Source of the DNA: the human T2T-CHM13v2.0 reference genome, Homo sapiens
DNA length: 64,000 nucleotides
Reading direction: 5' to 3' (one strand)
NCBI RefSeq assembly: GCF_009914755.1
Contig: NC_060941.1
Positions 59,150 through 64,000 of this stretch are shown one piece after another. The stretch's first letter is position 1, and each line of letters begins with the position of its first letter. The position numbers and the translations under genes were made by a program. The notes beneath the pieces were generated by a model that did no database searches, was not told the origin of the DNA, and was given only the letters and a program-made list of their open reading frames with translations.

Positions 59150-59292
59150 CAACTTCATGACCAGGGTGAGGTAAACGAGACACTTTGAGAGAAAATCTTA
59201 AGAAGGCATTCAGTTTCAGAGCCATGCAAGTGCCCACCCTGCTCTTGCATGACCCCAAAAGAGTGCCTCCTTGCTTGTCTCCCCCAGCCCTG
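59150..59292. mobile_element. Second MER91A-like MITE with internal deletion
   Basis: accagggtgaggtaaacgag...catgcaagtgc...cttgcatgacccc...gagtgcctcctt...cccagccctg. Confidence 0.7.
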
Positions 59293-59482
59293 ACCACAGT
59301 ATGACACAATTAAAATGTTAACTGATAGATCATTAAAGACACCTTTTGATCTTATATCAGTTTGTAATTTTTGTTGTGTAACTCAGAAGAGGTTCAAAGG
59401 AATGACTACCATTGCTCAATTTCTATCTTTAGGAATAGACTTCTTCTGGCATATATGTATATCCATTTTATGCTGACTTTCC

Positions 59483-59485
<3 letters not shown>

Positions 59486-59526
<41 letters not shown>
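59486..59526. repeat. (TG)n microsatellite
   Basis: ~20 uninterrupted TG units. Confidence 0.95.
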
Positions 59527-59531
<5 letters not shown>

Positions 59532-59672
59532 ATATAAATTGAGTTATATATTATATATATAATTTATGTATATAAATTGAAAAGTAGGCATAAAATGAAT
59601 GCTCAATCCTTTCTTATTCTAGTAATAAATCATAATCATCCAAAGAAAAAGACATACTTTTATGTAATTGTT

Positions 59673-60160
59673 TGTATTAGTTTCTTATAGCTGCTGTAAC
59701 AAATTACTGCAAGCTTCTTTGCTTAAAACAGCAGAAACTCAACATCTTACAGTTCTGCAGGTTAGGGGTCTATATGAGTCTTACAAGGCTAAAATCCAGG
59801 TATCTGCAAGGCTGTGTTCCTTCTGAATGCCCCAGAGGTGAATCCCTTTCCTTGCCTTTTCCAGCTCCCAGAGGTCACCTGCATTCCTTGGCTCATCTCA
59901 GTCTTCAAAGTGCATCATTCCAATACCTGCTGTGTCATCACAGCTTCTTTTTCTGCCTCTGACCCTTTCGTCTCCTCTTATAAGGACTCTTGTGATTATG
60001 TTGGATCCTCCCAGATAATCCAGGATCATCACTCCATCTCAAGATCTTTAATTTAATTGCATCTGAAAAGTCCTTTTACCATGTAAAGTAACATAATTAC
60101 AGATTATGGGGATTAGAACATGAACATTTGTGAATGGGTTATTATGCTGTCTACCATAAC
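59673..60160 (-). mobile_element. MLT1 (C/D-like) solo LTR
   Basis: tgtattagttttcttatagctgctgtaacaaattac...tcttataaggactcttgtgattatgttggatcctcccagataatccaggat...gggattagaacatgaacat. Confidence 0.88.
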
Positions 60161-62415
60161 CCCCTTCCACCTCATTGGAATGAATTTTAAATAAAATTTT
60201 AATATTTATATTAAAAATTCTTTATTAATGTTAATATTTTTATGAAATCAATTTTTTACTAATAAATGTTCATGTTTTAATCCAAGGGCATGGATTTAAC
60301 ATGATTTCTATGATTATAGAAAATTCAAAAAATATATTGTGCAGCTATATGTTTTCATTATAAAATGTATGATCAAATGACAATATAACAATATTTTGTA
60401 TAGAAAAATGTACTACAGAAAGGCAAAATTCATTTAGAAAGTGAAAGAAGTATATGTATTCAAAAGGAAATGAAATGATGCAATTTTCTAAATGTTACAG
60501 AAGACCTATTTCATGTGATATATAAACAGATAAAGACATGTGTCAGAGAATCAGGATTTAAATTTCTTTGGCTATATTAAAAACACAAAGAAACTATTAT
60601 TTAAAAAAGTAAATATTTACAATATGCTAGGAATTATGTAATTTATAGTTATTTGATCTTATGATAGAAATGTTTGGTCATAATATAAAACTGTATGATA
60701 GGTTACATAGCTTTCAAAATTATTTTGTAAGATAAATGAGCAAAAATTAGTAACCTCCAGCTGTAGGCTGTAATTGTCATAGTGAAATATTGTTCCAGGT
60801 TTGGAGAGTGCCCATCAGTACCAGAAATTGCTGCAAACAGAATTTGATGCATAATCAGTATGTAACCTATTTTCAGTCCCAGTCTATCTGCCTGAGTCTT
60901 CATTTATAAATGGTAGTAATAGCACCACCTTTGTTCTCAGGGTTGTTGTCAATAACAAATGAGACACTTTGTCTAATTTTTTTCATAAACATATAGTATA
61001 AGCTGCAGTTATTAATGTTGCTTAATTTTATGACAGCAATAACCAGTAACAGGGCTTTTCCTTCACCCTGTGTTTTGGAGACAAATCTGTTATGAACCTG
61101 CTTATGAGGAGATCAAAAGATCAAGTAGGAAATCCTGACAAATGCTCTTCTTCTCACTCATTAAATTGCCCCTAAGGGGAGACTTCAAAGGGAATGACTA
61201 GTGACTGTTTACTGACTGGCAATAGTTCAGGTCTTTGGAGATTTTTCTTTTACACAAAATCTTTCAAAGGGGACTTTTAAAGGTTACATTGAAATATGTC
61301 ATTCCTACTCCTCAATCTTCATGCCTCTGACCTCAGAAGGACACTAATAATAGCTTTGTGAAGGGGAATTTGCTACTCACTAGAGATATTGGCAATAATT
61401 ACTTGGTGGGAAAAGCTAATGATTTTCTCACTTACAGGAAGACTGGTGCTTCCACTAGTTGTTGTTCCTTTGGTAAATTGAAAGGCTTTTCTTATGATAA
61501 TGTGGAGAATGAATGAACAGCACATTAAGGAGCTTTCTGAATAGGGAAATGTACTGACATTTCAGCATTATCTGAATTATGTGTTAAGAGTAGCTTAGTC
61601 AAATTAAAATGAATGGCAGGTCAAAGCAAAAATCACAAGCTCTTTCTTATTACTCAGAATATATATTAAGTGTTCTCTAATTCTAAGAGTCCAAAATATA
61701 TTAGACAATTTAGTTTACAGGGACAGGTTAGTTTACAGGGACAAGTTATCATTATGGGGTTTGGGTAGGAGACCTGGAGAAATTTGAAGTTCTAACTCTC
61801 CATTCTAACCAAGCTTTGACAAGCCAACTCTTACCCTTCACTTTGCTACTTTATAGCCTTCCCATGTTTTGGTTAACTTTTTACATAGTACAGCTTTATA
61901 GTGGAAATGGCTTAAACTGGAGTTTCTGAGAATCTAATCCCCTTTCTACCTTTAATTTACTCCTTGACATGTGGTAAATCACCTTATTTCTCTGCTTCTC
62001 ATTTATAAATTTCTGACGGTTGTGTTAGATCAATTCTTTTTTTAACAAGCTACACAAATAATGATCATGGTGTTACAGAAACCACTCCCTTGGGCTGGGC
62101 TTGAGACTCGGAAAAGCCCCAGCTTTCCTGATTTTATAAGAAGGAAACCTCTTTTATGAACAGAACACTAACTTTACTATTTTCACACTAACTTTACTAT
62201 TTGCTTTTCCACTCCAGAAAGCTATTAATTGGTGACATGGAGATTATTATAAGGCTAACCTTGAATGTGCTTTAATTAATTTAAAAAATATATGTTTTGA
62301 TTATGAAATGGTAGATGAAGGTGATAGACATCCAATGAGGAGAATAATGACCACAGAGAGAATGTGACCTTCCAAATGACATAGCATCTTTGCAAATCAT
62401 CTTGTGAAAAAAAAA

Positions 62416-63040
62416 ATCCTCAAAGTCAAAGGAAGCTGGGAAGTTCTTCTAGATGGCTAAGGGTTTGTTGAGCTGACACTGGATGAGTTAGAAGATGAAA
62501 GAAGCTAAAACTGAACCTTAGAAAGGAAAGAGTAATGTGAAAACCTCTGGCCCATCTTCAGAAAACTTGCAACATATACAACCTCTTTTGAAAACAGAAA
62601 GTCACAGGCCAATAGCTATATAAATTCCACATTAAAAGAAGGCTATGCAGATGAAAGTCTGATTGCCAAATGGAACAGAGAAGGTTATGCGGACCTGTGC
62701 TGCCTATGATATATTCAAGGTGCCAACTCTGGAACCCACTTCATTTGCTGGGCTTGAAGCTGCATGAGGGAGTGATCATCAAGGGTCTTCAGTGTGGCTG
62801 CAGGGGTAGCTCTGGCTGAGGCTGCTCTGAGCCCAATTCCCATCCTGCCCCAGACCTTGGACTTTAATGATGGCTGCTTTTTCACTTGCACCTGCCACCC
62901 CATTTCCTGGTAGGTTCTTCTCTGTATAGCAGGAACCTAAGTCAGAGTTAAAGCATAGTCTCTATAGTTGATGGCTTTGGTTTTCATCAAGTGCAATTAT
63001 TTGTAATTTTAAAAAATAAATCCCTTAAACCTCAAAAAAA
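62416..63040 (+). pseudogene. BUD31: BUD31 (G10 spliceosomal protein) processed pseudogene
   Basis: Degenerate translation (I)[80 protein letters not shown] (TGA 62817-62819) follows BUD31 [61 protein letters not shown]; ~404 nt with no introns; AATAAA at 63015-63020 and A-remnant at 63034-63040. Confidence 0.92.
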
Positions 63041-64000
63041 GTAATTTGGATACACTTGTACTTTGCTTGTAATATGTCCTCTAGAGTAAGACATGTTTCC
63101 GAACTCATTCTAAGAACTATACTGTTGGCTTCAACTTTTACCAACAGTCTCACCTAAACTTATTTCTTTTCCTATTATGTCTGAGGAAAAGGTTAACATC
63201 TACTTGTCAGACAAGTAGCAGTTTACAACAACTCCGGAGGAGGAAAAAAAATGCCTTAAATTGTCAGTTCCAAGAACCTCATTGGACTATACTTTTTCAA
63301 AGGATGGAGTCTTAGGAAGAATGTAAATAAGTCTGTATCTTCTTTTGCCCAAGAGCTTTCTAAAGAAAACTCAGCTTTAGGGTTTTGTTTCTCTTGTGTC
63401 TCTTTCCTTCTTTGGCAGAAATCCTTGGATAAAGATTCTGACATCCTTTTCTCTTTCTCTTGTGCTCTTCTTTGTTCCCTCTGGATTTTCCCCACAAAGC
63501 CTGGAGCCCAGAAGCTTTGGAAGCTGCCCCTTCTATTACAAAGTTGTGTGGCATAAAGCCTATATCATCTCTGCTCTAGGCATTTGTAAACTCTCTTATA
63601 TTATTTTGCTTGTCTCTTCTCCCTGGCTACAGGTTCTGCTTGGACCACTTTTTCCTTTCATCAGAATTTTATGACAGAGCGGCTTAGAATTCAGGCATGA
63701 GTTTATAGAGACAGAAACAAAGGGGGTTCAATCTGTTTGGCTTCAAGGTTTCAGGCTCATCTTTAGCCAAGCAAAAAATATTACATAAGGACAAGTCCAG
63801 CCAAACAGGCTGCTGTGCTGAGCTTTTGAATCAAAGCCTCATAGTAATCAAATGACAGCACTTACCTGTGTTTTACCCAAGTCACATCTTTGCCCTTGCT
63901 GTGATTCTAGTTGTCAAGTTAGATAATAAATAACTTGAACATGATTTTAGACTATCGTGAACGAACTAGTAGAGGAAGAGAGGATACAAAATCAGAAAAT

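Noticed and set aside
60180-60700. AT-rich stretch as a DNA-transposon internal region
   Set aside because: No terminal repeats or transposase peptide I can identify.

Overview
Primate (human/great-ape-like), AT-rich, repeat-dense intergenic or deep-intronic DNA. I recognise no intact host protein-coding exon, RNA gene or CRISPR; essentially all long ORFs are LINE-1 remnants. Main contents: (i) a full-length but inactivated L1PA2/late-L1PA3-type element on the minus strand (13573-19579) carrying a 182-bp 3' transduction, with the whole unit bounded by a perfect 15-bp TSD; (ii) several 5'-truncated L1PA copies, two with 5' inversions (twin priming) and one ~60-bp L1 tip nested in another L1; (iii) four Alus, many MaLR/ERV LTRs, an ERVL pol remnant and hAT MITEs (MER5A, MER20, MER91A/C); (iv) an old intronless BUD31 processed pseudogene (~62416-63040) that the ORF track misses; (v) several local DNA-level templated duplications with informative junctions, notably a 297-bp copy inserted into an Alu with fold-back junction fillers and a 179-bp copy flanked by a 17-bp target duplication. 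I find no evidence for a new biological system; the interesting signals are retrotransposition and repair/template-switch scars. Repeat subfamily names come from recalled consensus features and need RepeatMasker/Dfam confirmation.
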